64,000 bases of DNA from Lytechinus pictus (lineage: Eukaryota): contig NC_087247.1 of the NCBI RefSeq assembly GCF_037042905.1, positions 38,254,001-38,318,000 of the forward strand, read 5' to 3'. The translations under genes and the position numbers were made by a program. The notes under the pieces were generated by a model. It did no database searches. It was not told where the DNA came from and saw only the letters and a program-made list of their open reading frames with translations. Below, one piece after another: positions 25,299 to 37,200 of the stretch (position 1 is the stretch's first letter; every line of letters begins with the position of its first letter).

Positions 25299-25415
25299 TT
25301 AAGGGTATTATGGAGCTGCACGACCCAGCTGCACGACCCTGTCGACCCACCTCCCTTTTTATTTTCTCCTCCCTTTTTTTTTTTTGGGGGGGGGCCGGCC
25401 GGGGGGGGGGGCTGG

Positions 25416-26223
25416 TTTTTGTCTCACCTGCATAGCAGAGTGAGACTATAGGCGCCGCTTTTCCGACGGCGACGGCGACGGCGGCGGCGGCGGCGGCGTC
25501 AACACCAAATCTTAACCTTAGGTTAAGTTTTTGAAATGACAGCATAACTTAGAAAGTATATGGACCTAGTTCATGAAACTTGGCCATAAGGTTAATCAAG
25601 TATTACTGAACATCCTGTCTGAGTTTCATGTCACATGACCAAGGTCAAAGGTCATTTAGGGTCAATGAACTTAGACCATGTTGGGGGAATCAACATCAAA
25701 ATCTTAACCTAAGGTTAAGTTTTTGAAATGTCATCATAACTTAGAAAATATATGGACCTAGTTCATGAAACTTATACATAAGGTTAATCAAGTATCACTG
25801 AACATCCTGCATGAGTTTCACGTCACATGACCAAGGTCAAAGGTCATTTAGGGTCAATGAACTTTGGCCGAATTGGGGGTATCTGTTGAATTACAGCCAT
25901 AAATTTGAAAGTGTGTTGGTCTAGTTCATAAAACTTGGACATAATAGTAATCAAGTATCACTGAACATTCTGTGCGAGTTTCAGGTCACATGATCAAGGT
26001 CAAAGGTCATGTAAGGTCAAAGAACTTTGGCCACGTTGGGGGTATTTGTTGAATTGCCATCATATCTCTATAAGTGTATTGGTCTAGTTCATAAAACGTG
26101 GAAATAAGAGTAACCAAGTATCACTGACCATCTTGTGCGAGTTATAGTAGTTTTCAAAATCAGCACTGCTGCTATATTGAATCGCGTGATGCAGGTGAGA
26201 CGGCCAGAGGCATTCCACTTGTT
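25416..26223 (+). mobile_element. Helentron/HINE (DINE-1/pearl/Tsp-like) non-autonomous element, family A, copy 1
   Basis: 5' hairpin GTCTCACCTGCATAGCAGAGTGAGAC, (GGC/GAC)n microsatellite, tandem units of about 192/163 bp, 3' sub-terminal IR TGCAGGTGAGAC, end TTCCACTTGTT. T-rich insertion site and no obvious TSD. Confidence 0.85.
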
Positions 26224-27359
26224 AAGTGTTTAGTTTCATTACTGAAAATACAAAGCCCCAGTCGCCCATTTCCCCATGTAGCACCGCCCAGAGCTATAGC
26301 GAGTATAATACAGTATAAGCACGTAAAAGGGTAAGTGGTAGAGGGCTACAGGGCCAGGAGGGGAGAGGGTGTTGCAGGGCCCAGGGGACGGTGGTTTTTT
26401 TTTTTTTTTTACATGGAAATTAATGCTGATATAAATTTGGAAAGAAACGAAAGAAAGAAAAAAAGGTTATCATTGTAAATTGGAGATAAAATTGGTCCCG
26501 AGAAATGGCCATTAAAAAAAGGTTTTCACTAAAAAAATGGAGGTCAAATTAGTTTCATTTGTCAATTTTTACCGTCTTTCAAAATACCTGGGGCCCGGGG
26601 GGCCAGTCAAATGTATTGTTGTACGCACGCGTGGCCAAATTATTTCCAAACACCCCCTAAAAGAGTTTTTCTCTGTGTGCAAAATAGGCGGCTGCCCCCT
26701 AAACAAGTTTTTCGTGGGCTTTATTTAAACATTTTGGCCCCTAAACAAGTTGTCGCCAGATATGACCCCGGGGAAAAAGCTTGGGGAAAAAACATACCCT
26801 TAACACGTTTGGCTAGTTTTAAAAAAACTTTGGAAAAAAAACATACCCTAAATATGTTTGACCCTAGCTGCAATTGACCATTGACCAGTCTTTCAAAACT
26901 ACCCCCTTCATGAAATTTGGTGTGACTGCCCCCCCCCCCGACCTGGGGGTGCTGCCTATATGGAGATTAATACACGCTTTTTTGGGGGGAGGGGTGTAAA
27001 ATTAAAGTAAGTATTCAAATTGACTTTAACCCCCCCCCCCCCCTCTAGCAAGTAAGAGCGACTAAGGACTTGGTTCCCAATCCTACCGTTTACCCGATAA
27101 TAATAAATACTGTAGTAATAAACGAATAAAAGTAAGTAAATCTAATTGAATAAATATCATATGAATGATATTGATAATGATAGCAAGAACCTAAATTATG
27201 AATTATTCAAAGCGATAATTGATATAAAATGTATGTTTCTATTTACAGTATATATTTCATTAGATAATTAAAAAAAAACGTCGCTAAGGAGTATCGATAA
27301 TTTCGCGCGTCCCAAATCTATAGATATCGGTATCGCAAAATTTGTTTACGTTTTCGCCA

Positions 27360-27465
27360 GAGTATAATACTTTAAGAGGAGGCTCTCGCAAAAAGATCAA
27401 CAATAAACATTTAGAAACTACATTGTAAATTGCATGTTTTGTTAATACACTTCATCGCTACATCT
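27360..27465 (+). other. Putative non-coding first exon of STRAD
   Basis: Donor CT|GTAAGT at 27465/27466 next to a CpG-enriched stretch. The first coding exon has an acceptor at 31225, upstream of its ATG. The 5' boundary is a guess. Confidence 0.4.
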
Positions 27466-27690
27466 GTAAGTATCTTTCATTTCGTTAAGAAATCATGTTG
27501 AAATATTTCCATATTGTTATTAACATTACCGTACATTTTCTTTGATTGTCTAAGTCGATATAATTAAAGGAAAGTGTAAACATGACACGAAAATGATCAG
27601 GCGGGACAAGCGTGAGAAGCGAGTGGGTATTCGGCTCGGGGGCTCCATCAACTGATCAAGTATAGTCACGTATTGTATTACCGGACACTA

Positions 27691-28357
27691 TTATGATTCC
27701 GGACGCGCGTATTACTGCGTTCTAAAACAAATTCGTACCGTAAGACTTCCGCAATTCAATTTTACAGAGCAATAGGCCTACATAGAACAAGATTGCAAAA
27801 ACAAGGCGAAAAATCCAACTTTTACCATGTTTACCTAATTATCTCTAAAAATGACAGAAAATGCTTAAAATATCATATAAAAAATTATAACATAGTTTTG
27901 TATTAACAATTGATGTATTTTCTAACGGAAATATGGGCCTGATTTGCCGAATTTCAATCTCGTCCACTCCTTCGATCGAATGATGAGGTGTGGTGTAATG
28001 TGATGTATTGTGGGTGATCGTCGATGGCTAGTTCTCAAGGTGGTACCCGTGCGCGAGGTTTACCGTGAGTAGAGCCGTCAATCGGCAGCGCATCGATAGA
28101 ACTTGATGAGCGTCATACGAACGCGAGCATATATTATTGGAAAGTGCCATGGAACATGCAGCTAACAAGACAAAATAAAATAAGTTATCAAACACGAATT
28201 TATTACCAACATCTGCTCAGATTAGATATAAAAAAGCAAATAATACTTGGAATTTACTCATGATATGATATAAGAAGAAAAAAATCACACAAATTTGCTC
28301 TTACATCATTATAATCAAGGATATCTTTACCCGTCCGGCGCGCGTCCGGAATCATGA
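27691..28357. mobile_element. CpG-rich element bounded by 17-bp inverted repeats
   Basis: ATGATTCCGGACGCGCG (27693-27709) and CGCGCGTCCGGAATCAT (28339-28355). Confidence 0.55.
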
Positions 28358-29553
28358 TGTAATTTGTCGCGCACGAAAATAATTGTTTTTCGTGGAGGGG
28401 TATGCGGCAACTGCGATGCAAAGAAAATGGTTGGTAAATATAAAATAATTTTATCATATTCATAATTTTCATAATATATGGAATAGCAAGTGTGATTTTT
28501 TCTTGATTGTATTTCCTCTAGTTGTCATTTTTAAAGCACTGAAATAAAGGTGTCCGGCAATAGGATACACTGCCATATAGCGCGAGCTTCTCCGCCGCCG
28601 AAGCCGAACTAAGTCTAAGAAGATCTTGGAACTGAAGGGGACTTGAAAAATGAAAGCCGGGCTTAAAGCCTGGGTTTAAGAAGGAGGGGGGCGGGGGAGG
28701 TCCGTTTTTTGGGCAATAATGCAAGCCAATGCTGCAATTGCAAAGCTAAGCTAAAGTTAGACAGCTGGCAGCCGTCTGTTTCGAGGAGTTTTTTAACATT
28801 AAATTTTTTTGTTTTGTTTCCTCATACCCAGACGGCTCGCTATCGTGCAGCCACCATTAGGGGACTTACAATGCAAAATCCCCCCGTCGGGGCTCTTCAA
28901 TTTTTGTCTTTAATGAATCAAACATTTGAAAATTAACGCGACCGAAATGCAAATTAACATTCCCTCTTGGCATTAATTGCCAAATAACGGGGAAAATCAA
29001 GTTAAAAGGAACAAAAACAGTGACTTATCTTGGCTGTCGCGCAACTTCACTGCCCTGTTTTATCCGAACTTAATACACATAAACATATGGCCATTGAGTC
29101 CCCTGTACAGATCGCGCTAGAACTTCGGTCTCTGTATTTGGTGAGTGGAGCCAACGGAGTTCAGCTGAACAACCAACATAACAGAGACCGAAGCTTTTGG
29201 TCTAAGCTAAAGTCTGAAGTCCCCTACCTAGTCCTAGGCTAGAGCGAAGTTCGTGCAGGCTCCACTTCACTACCGCTACACTACTACGCTCCACCTACCC
29301 GAACTTCGAGGCCGTGAACTCAATCTGATATTCCGAGTGACAAAGGTGGGATTTTATGGGGGGAAAATATAAAATTCATCCAACATCACGATCTTTAAAA
29401 ACAATTAAAACTAATATTCTTACTTTACACAAAGTTTCACTTCTTTTCCATGCTTCTATCAGTCTCAAAATTGGTGATTTAGAGCCCACATGAAGTTCCT
29501 CAGGCACGTATAAATAACTCGCTGCCGATTTCAAAACATCCCATGCGCGAGGG

Positions 29554-31068
29554 CACTGGCGTAAATCCGTGTTGATGGGTGGGGGGGATGACTGAAATAT
29601 TTTGGCATTTTTTTGCAATCATGTTTTTAGATATGCAAGGAATTGTCATTGAGATGTCCACAGTGGCGTACCGTGGGTCACGGCATTGGGGGGGGGCACC
29701 AGCAAAATTTTTGAATCACTGAGTGAGTGCGCTAGTGAGCGTGCGAAGAGCGCTCAGTTGCCAGTTATACTGACCTAATAGAGACATTTTAAGGACAATG
29801 TCATTAAACGGATATGTATCTCACTGATCAAATAATGCGAGCGCGAAGCGCGAGCTGAATTTTTTTTAAAATTCACACCTCAAAAGGGACATTATAATCA
29901 AATTTGTGTAATCATGATAGGTACCTGTCTCGCTAAACAATGCGAGCGCGAAGCACGAGCTGAAAATTTAGATAATTCAGACCTGAAGTGGGGCATTCTA
30001 AGGTTTCTTTGTAGGAATTAACTAGGACCATACGTATTTCATTAACCAAATGATGCGAGCGCGAAGCGCAAGCTGAAAATTTTTGATATTCAGATCAGAA
30101 GAAGGGACATTTTAAGGACTGATTTTAGGAATTCATGAAGAGCAGACATATCTGATATCTCACCTATCCACTAATGCGAACGTAATCACGGACAGGAAAT
30201 ATTTCATATATACGAAGACCTTAACATGGGGCAATCACTTTTTGAGTCATGAAAAAGAAGCCTATGTCACTACATAAAACAATGATAACTCAAGTGCTAG
30301 AAAATATATTTGGTTTATATTGAATTGAAAACGGGATGTTTTAGTACAACATGATTATATATCTCGTTAAGCAGACAATGCGAGCACCAGAAACAATGAA
30401 GACATAGGCCCTGGGTAAATTATGTTTCATAAAGTTATGATAAAAATGTTTCTTATGTAATGTAACATAACATAATTATAATATAATATAACATTATAAT
30501 GAATAATATTTTCTTCTTTCCCACTACGTTTCTCTTCCTTTCTCCCTCTTTTCTCCTTTTCCCCCTTTTTTTTGGTCAGCCGATGGGGGGGGGGGGATGT
30601 GCCCCCCATGCCCCCCGTAATTACGCCACTGTATGTCCATATGGCAAATACCCCTCCAATATTATTGTCTTTTTTACCCCACGATGGTTTAATGGTTTTA
30701 TTAGAGATTATACATTCAAATTTTTTGACATTCCATCTTATTCCCTTCCCAAAGAGCCCAACAATGATGCATTAGAAGAAACGGGGGTTTCTCTTTAATG
30801 TTATAATAAGGACATAAGTATTTCGTTTGGAAATGGTGAACTGGCTCTTTATTTGCATTTTATGATTCAATAATATTGTTTCATTTGTTAAGTGGTATAT
30901 TAGGAAGAATTTTCACCAATAAAACAATTATCTCTTGTGAATTTTTTTAAAATTTCTTTCTTAAAAAAAAGGTGGGGGGGATGTTTGTACAGGCCATCCC
31001 CCCCTCCTCGAAAAAGTGGGGGGGGGATGTATCCCCCCATCCCCCCTCCCCCCGGTTTTATGCCAGTG
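29554..31068. mobile_element. hAT-like non-autonomous element (middle layer of the nest)
   Basis: TIR CACTGGCGTAAA / TTTATGCCAGTG. Perfect 8-bp TSD CGCGAGGG at 29546-29553 and 31069-31076. Confidence 0.85.
29661..30631. mobile_element. hAT-like non-autonomous element (inner layer of the nest)
   Basis: TIR CAGTGGCGTA / TACGCCACTG. 8-bp TSD GATGTCCA / TATGTCCA. Internal subrepeats ATGCGAGCGCGAAGCGCGAGCTGA. Confidence 0.85.
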
Positions 31069-31241
31069 CGCGAGGGTCCGAGCTCGGACCGGACCCGGTA
31101 CCTTGCGCATATCGCATCCGCATGCGATGTTTTGAAATCGGCAGCGAATTATTTATATGAAATGATTTTGATTAAATAAATGAATTGTTTTTCGTGTTGT
31201 TTATTTAATTTCTTTCTCTCTTTAGAAAGAGGCAGTGCAGT

Positions 31242-34200
31242 ATGGCTGATGTAGAATATGAAGGGGATGCTAGACACTACACACTTTTGACTTTAATCGG
31301 TAAGGAGTAGATATAATGTCTTCTTCTTTTTCTTCCTCAGGGTAGTCTTGTGTCCTTTATACATGAAAATTAATACGAGCGATAATTGAAGTTTTTGTAT
31401 TTCTTATTTCATTTTCTGTACCCTAAAGAAATTGATAAGTTACACGCATGTAGTAAATTGAGAACTACATTGAAGATTGAAAACACCTACATCAATAAAA
31501 ATAAGGCTCCAATGTGCCATAGTGATTATTCACCTAAAATACTGGGACTTCTGAAATAGCAAATACCCCCCCCAAAAAAAAAATGGAGGAAAGGCAACAA
31601 ATATAATAAAAAGGAGGGGCCTTCTTAAGACTAATTGGCTATTTAATATACAGTCTGAAAATATGAAATGAACAAGACTTTCTAATTTATGTAACATTGG
31701 TTAAAATAATGGTGTATGTTATTTGAAATAAGTGTTTGTTTGTTAAAATTGCAGGCCGTAACTTTGAGGGTAATGCTGTGGTCCATATTGCTAGACACTG
31801 TTCTTCTGGTAATCTTGTAGCGGTCAGAAGAGTCAACCTAGACAAAGTCAAAGACAGTTTTGCAGAACTTCGTGTAAGTTTTATTAGAGCTCTGCAATTA
31901 CGGGAAAGAAATTAAATAGTGCAGCAAAATACTTTGTCATCTTGTGGCATGTTGTTTCCCCAGCTCCCCATTATCCAACCATCAAAACCAATTTCTATTT
32001 AGTCTATATAGTCAACTGAAAGTTCTTGGTGAAATCATTGGTTGATGATATAGCCTAGGAGCTCTTCTATCATTTAATATCAATAAACCATTTAATGTTT
32101 ATGTAAACTCCCTAATACAGTCTTGGTGACCATTAATTTAGAATTTTGTCTGCATACGTTTACACCTACATCTTTGCCACTATGGGCAAAATCGTTTAAT
32201 TCCTCTTGTGCCACAGTAATTATAGGGTGCAACCTTAACAGAGTTTTGCATAGACTGTGCTAGCTCAACCCACAATAGCTTTTGATAGGTGAATTGTAAA
32301 GAAAATCTTTTTATATAACAGTGCAATGCACACTTAACTATTGTTTATGTGTGTGTGTATAAAGTACAAAAGACTCGATACACTCTGTGTGTATTGTGAA
32401 TAAAATGTGACTTCAGTTGAAGTTGGTAGTCCATTGTATGTTACTCTAGTCAAACAAAGTGGGCATAGAGTTTAAGTTTTGGAACAACATATTTTGTTTT
32501 TATATCATTCCATGTAGCAAGAATGCCATTTCTCCAAGCTAATGCAACATGAACAAATCCTACCACACTACACATCGTTTGTGAATGGCAATGAATTGTG
32601 GGTTGTGATGCCTCTTATGGAACATGGTAAGAACATCAAACTACTGTATTTACAAGCATTCACCTTTAACATACAGACATGTACTGCGAATTCATTCAGA
32701 GTATTAAAAGCTCAAGATATGATTTTGTAAGCAGCTATTTCAATTAACATTTTTCTTTAAAAATAATGTAATGACTTAAAACCAAAAATGATTCCCCACA
32801 CCAGGACCCCCCACCACCACATTTCGGGTGAAGTTGAAATTCTTATTAGTAATGGGCCCCAACTTAACATAAATCTCAATTCAGATGACTGGTCATTCAT
32901 CTATATATAGAATGATTTAGCTGGTGATTTGATAGGTTTGCCCCTACAAATTCAAAACCCACAACTGTCTTGTGTGAAAACATTCATAATAGAAAATAAC
33001 ATGTATATCATGTAAAGGCATGTATATTTATAATTAATATCATTCATCATTATAATTATTGTTGCATTAGATAGAAGTAATATGATATTTCTTAAATCTT
33101 AACCCACTGAATACAGAATTCTGTAATCCCAACAGCTTTGTACAAGCATTCTGCCAGTTCCAGTGGGCAACAGGTTAATTCTTGACTTTGATTTCTGATT
33201 GATAGGTTCTGCTAGGGATCTACTCGATAGGAATTGTCCTGATGGATTGAAGGAGAGTGTGATAGCACAGATTATGAGAGATGTTGTTCTGGCTCTAGAC
33301 TACATCCATAGAATGGGCTATATCCATAGGTGAGGAGTAGTATTCAGTGTTTTACTATGTATCCACATGATACTAAAAAAATGTACAGTTCGATTGATGA
33401 CATGAATAATGTGATAAATTGTTGATTTTTAACATCAAGTACTAGGTGAAGTATTTAGATAAGCATTATCAGGTGATGCTATTCATTTAAAAAGCCATAA
33501 AAAAGGCACACATTAATGTTACTCACATGCGCTATTGACACATGACCGCAGAAAAAAACAAAGAGGAGTGCATACCAAGGAGAGATTAACATTCTTAGCT
33601 TTGCCTGGCTTTAGCCATGTGATTCCAAATAAGATTTATTTTTGCAAAGAGAATTTTGGTTCCTATTTAAAAAAAAAGTCATTTCTGTTGTTTGGATTGG
33701 TTTCAGTGGATGAGACAAACTATCACTTCCTTGGTGCTATGCATGTTGATTTTGATTCAGTACCATCTTTCCTCTGATTTGATTTAGAAAGAAATTGTCT
33801 CAGAAATGATTGTTTGTCCCTTTACTTTCACCAACGGGACATTTAATTATTTGCTTTATACCTCTATGATTTTTGTCTCGCCTGCATAGCAGAGCGAGAC
33901 TATAGGCGCCGCTTTTCCGACGGCGGCGTCGTCAACATTGAAATCTTAACCAAGGTTAAGTTTTTGAAATGTCATCAGAACTTAAAAAGTATATGGACCT
34001 AGTTCATGAAACCTGGACATAAGTTTAATCAAGTATTACTGAACATCCTGCACGAGTTTCAGGTCACATGACCAAGGTCAAAGGTCACTTAGGGTCAACG
34101 AACTTTGACCATGTTGGGGGAATCAATATTGAAATCTTAACCAAGGTTAAGTTTTTGAAATGTTGTCATAACTTAGAAAGTGTATGGACCTAGTTCATGA

Positions 34201-37200
34201 AACTTAAACATAAGGGTAATAGTGTATCACTAAACATCTTGCGTGAGTTTCAGGGCACATGACCAAGGTCAAAGGTCACTTAGGGTCAACGAACTTTGAC
34301 CATTTTGGGGGTATTTGTGGAATTGTCATCATAACTTAGAAGTATATGGACCTAGTTCATGAAACTTGGACATCAGTTTAATCAAGTATTACTGAACATC
34401 CTGCCTGAGTTTCAGGTCACATGATCAAGGTCAAAGGTCACTTAGCGTCAGCGAACTTTGACCATGTTGGGGGAATCAATATTGAAATCTTAACCAAGGT
34501 TAACCCTAAACAGGCCGGGGGGGTTGAATCAACCCCCCTCAACATTTTCTGCGATCATTCCGCCGCGCGAATTTTTTTTACCGCGCCACTCACAGACTTA
34601 ATATTCTTAAGTCTCGCGCATCTTTTGAGACCAAATTTACGACGCCCGGGTACGCGATTCCGAAATTACGCGACATTTCGTAAGTGCATGTCAGACAAAA
34701 AAATGTTTCAAAACGTGACTTTGTGTACAAAGTCAATGCAAATTGAGTTTTTCTCATTTTATTCATAAAGATATGATTATTTTTACTTTGAACAGCTGAA
34801 ATCAATTGATTTTAGCATAATTATGCTTCAAAAAAGGTTGTGCAATAAATCTGGTGAAAAAAACAAAGAAAAACAAAGAAATACATAAAAAATTCATAAC
34901 ACAATAAAATACATAAGAAATTGATTTCCAAACCGAAGTTTTTTTCAATTGCGATTGTTAAGAATGCTACAAAGAATATTTTTACCAAAAATTAGCATTC
35001 TAGGAGCTTTATTTAGTGAATTAGAGCAAAAAGTATGATTTATGCATAAATTAGCATAATTAATTCATATAAAGTAAAATCTCATTATTTTGGAAAATTT
35101 TACCATACAGCCTTGTAGATTACATCGCACACTACCAGCGTGCAAATTTTTGCGGCTCTCGCACGATCGGCGGCCAAGATCTCAGGGGGGGTTGAATCAA
35201 CCCCCCGGCCACAGAACAGCCAAAAAGCCCGGCCTAATTAGGGTTAAGTTTTTGAAATGTTGTCATAACTTAGAAAGTATATAGACCTAGTTCATGAAAC
35301 TTAGACATAAGGGTAATAGTGTATCACTAAACATCTCGTCTGAGTTTCAGGTCACATGACCAAGGTCAAAGGTCATTTAAGGTCAATGAACTTTGGCCGT
35401 GTTGGGGGTATTTGTTGAATTGGCATCATAACTTTTATGGATCTACACATGTAGTTCATGAAACATAGACATAAGGGTAATCAAGTATGTTTTGCACATG
35501 TCTTAGGTCACCGTCACATGATCATGGTCAAGGTCATGTTGGGTCAATGGACATAGCATTTAATTATCATATGAGAGTTTTCTTTTGTGAATAATTATTC
35601 TATAGCTGTTTTCAAAGTCAGCACTGCTGCAATATTGAATCGCGTAATGCAGGCGAGACTGCCAGAGGCGTTCCACTTGTTACTAGTATCGTTCATAATA
35701 TCCGGTTTGCAGTACAGTCTATTTCAGGGTTTATTAGATATTATGAAATGAATGTTCTTTTGCCCTTTTAATGCATTCTTATAAAGAAATATCTTAGATG
35801 CTGTTGTCTTTCACAAAAAGGACATTGACTAAATTCTTATCCAATGTAAAATGTTATACACTCTGGTCTGAAAAGTGACCAAGATATAATGATGTGAATC
35901 TTCAATTCTGTGAAAGCCTGCACATGATCAACCTTCATAGTGTGCAAAAGACTTGATGAGTTTGATATCAATTGTAAGATCAATTGTAGCCTTTGTGTAA
36001 CATAATAGTGCAGGCCAGGTGCCCCATCCATAACTCAATATATGCAATCAGTCTTACATGTTTTGCAAAGACTTATGATTGATTTTAATCGTAAGATTTA
36101 TGATTGATTTTAATCGTAAGATTGATTGTATTATGTAACATTGCACAGGTTAGGTAACCCCATAGTTTTACCGAATCCATTTTCAGTTTCCACAGGTGAT
36201 TCCTATTCCATGTTACAAAACTTATAACATTAAAGAAAAAAAAAATTGCAATCCCTGTTAATAATTTGTTGTTCATAATCATATAATCTGAATTTCAGGA
36301 GTGTAAAGGCCAGTCACATCCTGCTTACCCAATCCGGTGGTGTTCACCTATCTGGACTGAGAACAGCAGTGAGTATGGTGGAAGATGGCAAGCGACTCAA
36401 GGCAGTTTATGATTTCCCCTCACTGACCACAGTAAGGAACTTGCCCTGGCTAGCAACTGAGGTACTAGAACAGGTATGTTTGTATTTGCATTTTACTGTG
36501 CTAAATCCAGGGTGAAATTTGTATGTTTGTGTGGAATAGGATAACAGAAAAAAATAGATAAATTAATATTATATGAAGTATGAATTTTGTTCTTCAAGCA
36601 TATTCTACATGTCTTCACAATTGTCAGCAAATGATATTTGACAGTTTACTTTACCATGATCTGAGCATGTCTTTTAATTTTCAAATGACAGGAGAGATTT
36701 AATTTGCTTCAGCAGAGAGTATCAACAACTCAATTCTGGCCATGTATGAAGAGGACCAAAGTAAAGAATTTTAGTAATTTTCAAAGTTTTTTTGGATTTT
36801 TGGATTTTTTTGGGCCAACGTTTTGTTTTATGCCTTCAGATTTCTGGTGTTAATTATCATTGTATTGCAAAAAAAAAATGATTATATCTGCTGTTATCTT
36901 TTTATCATAGAATCTTCTTGGATATGATACCAAGTCTGACATTTACAGTGTTGGTATCACTGCATGTGAGCTGTCAAATGGATGTGTTCCTTTTTCAGAT
37001 ATGGTACCCATGAAGGTAAATTTTCTTTTACAGTGGTTCTCATTTCTAACAAAGGAAAGGTATTTTTAAGTGTTTATTTTTATTGTAATTGGTAACCTAC
37101 ATCAGCAACAAAATTGAGGAATTCCTCCAGTTATAAAAAATATCCTAATCCCTTTATAAGCTCACAGAGACATTAAATGGCATGTGATATCCGCTACGAG

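Larger units (their letters stand above)
29509..31157. mobile_element. Small palindromic MITE split by nested insertions (outer element)
   Basis: 39-bp inverted arms TATAAATAAC/TTCGCTGCCGATTTCAAAACATCC/GCATGCG with 2 mismatches. Confidence 0.75.

Noticed and set aside
25500-26160. Regularly spaced repeats as a CRISPR-like array
   Set aside because: The whole units are homologous (no unique spacers), the context is eukaryotic and there are no cas genes. This is a transposon-internal tandem array.
34421-35284. ORFs inside the nested elements as transposase remnants
   Set aside because: Short, with no DDE/DDD or Rep-Hel motifs. They span element junctions.
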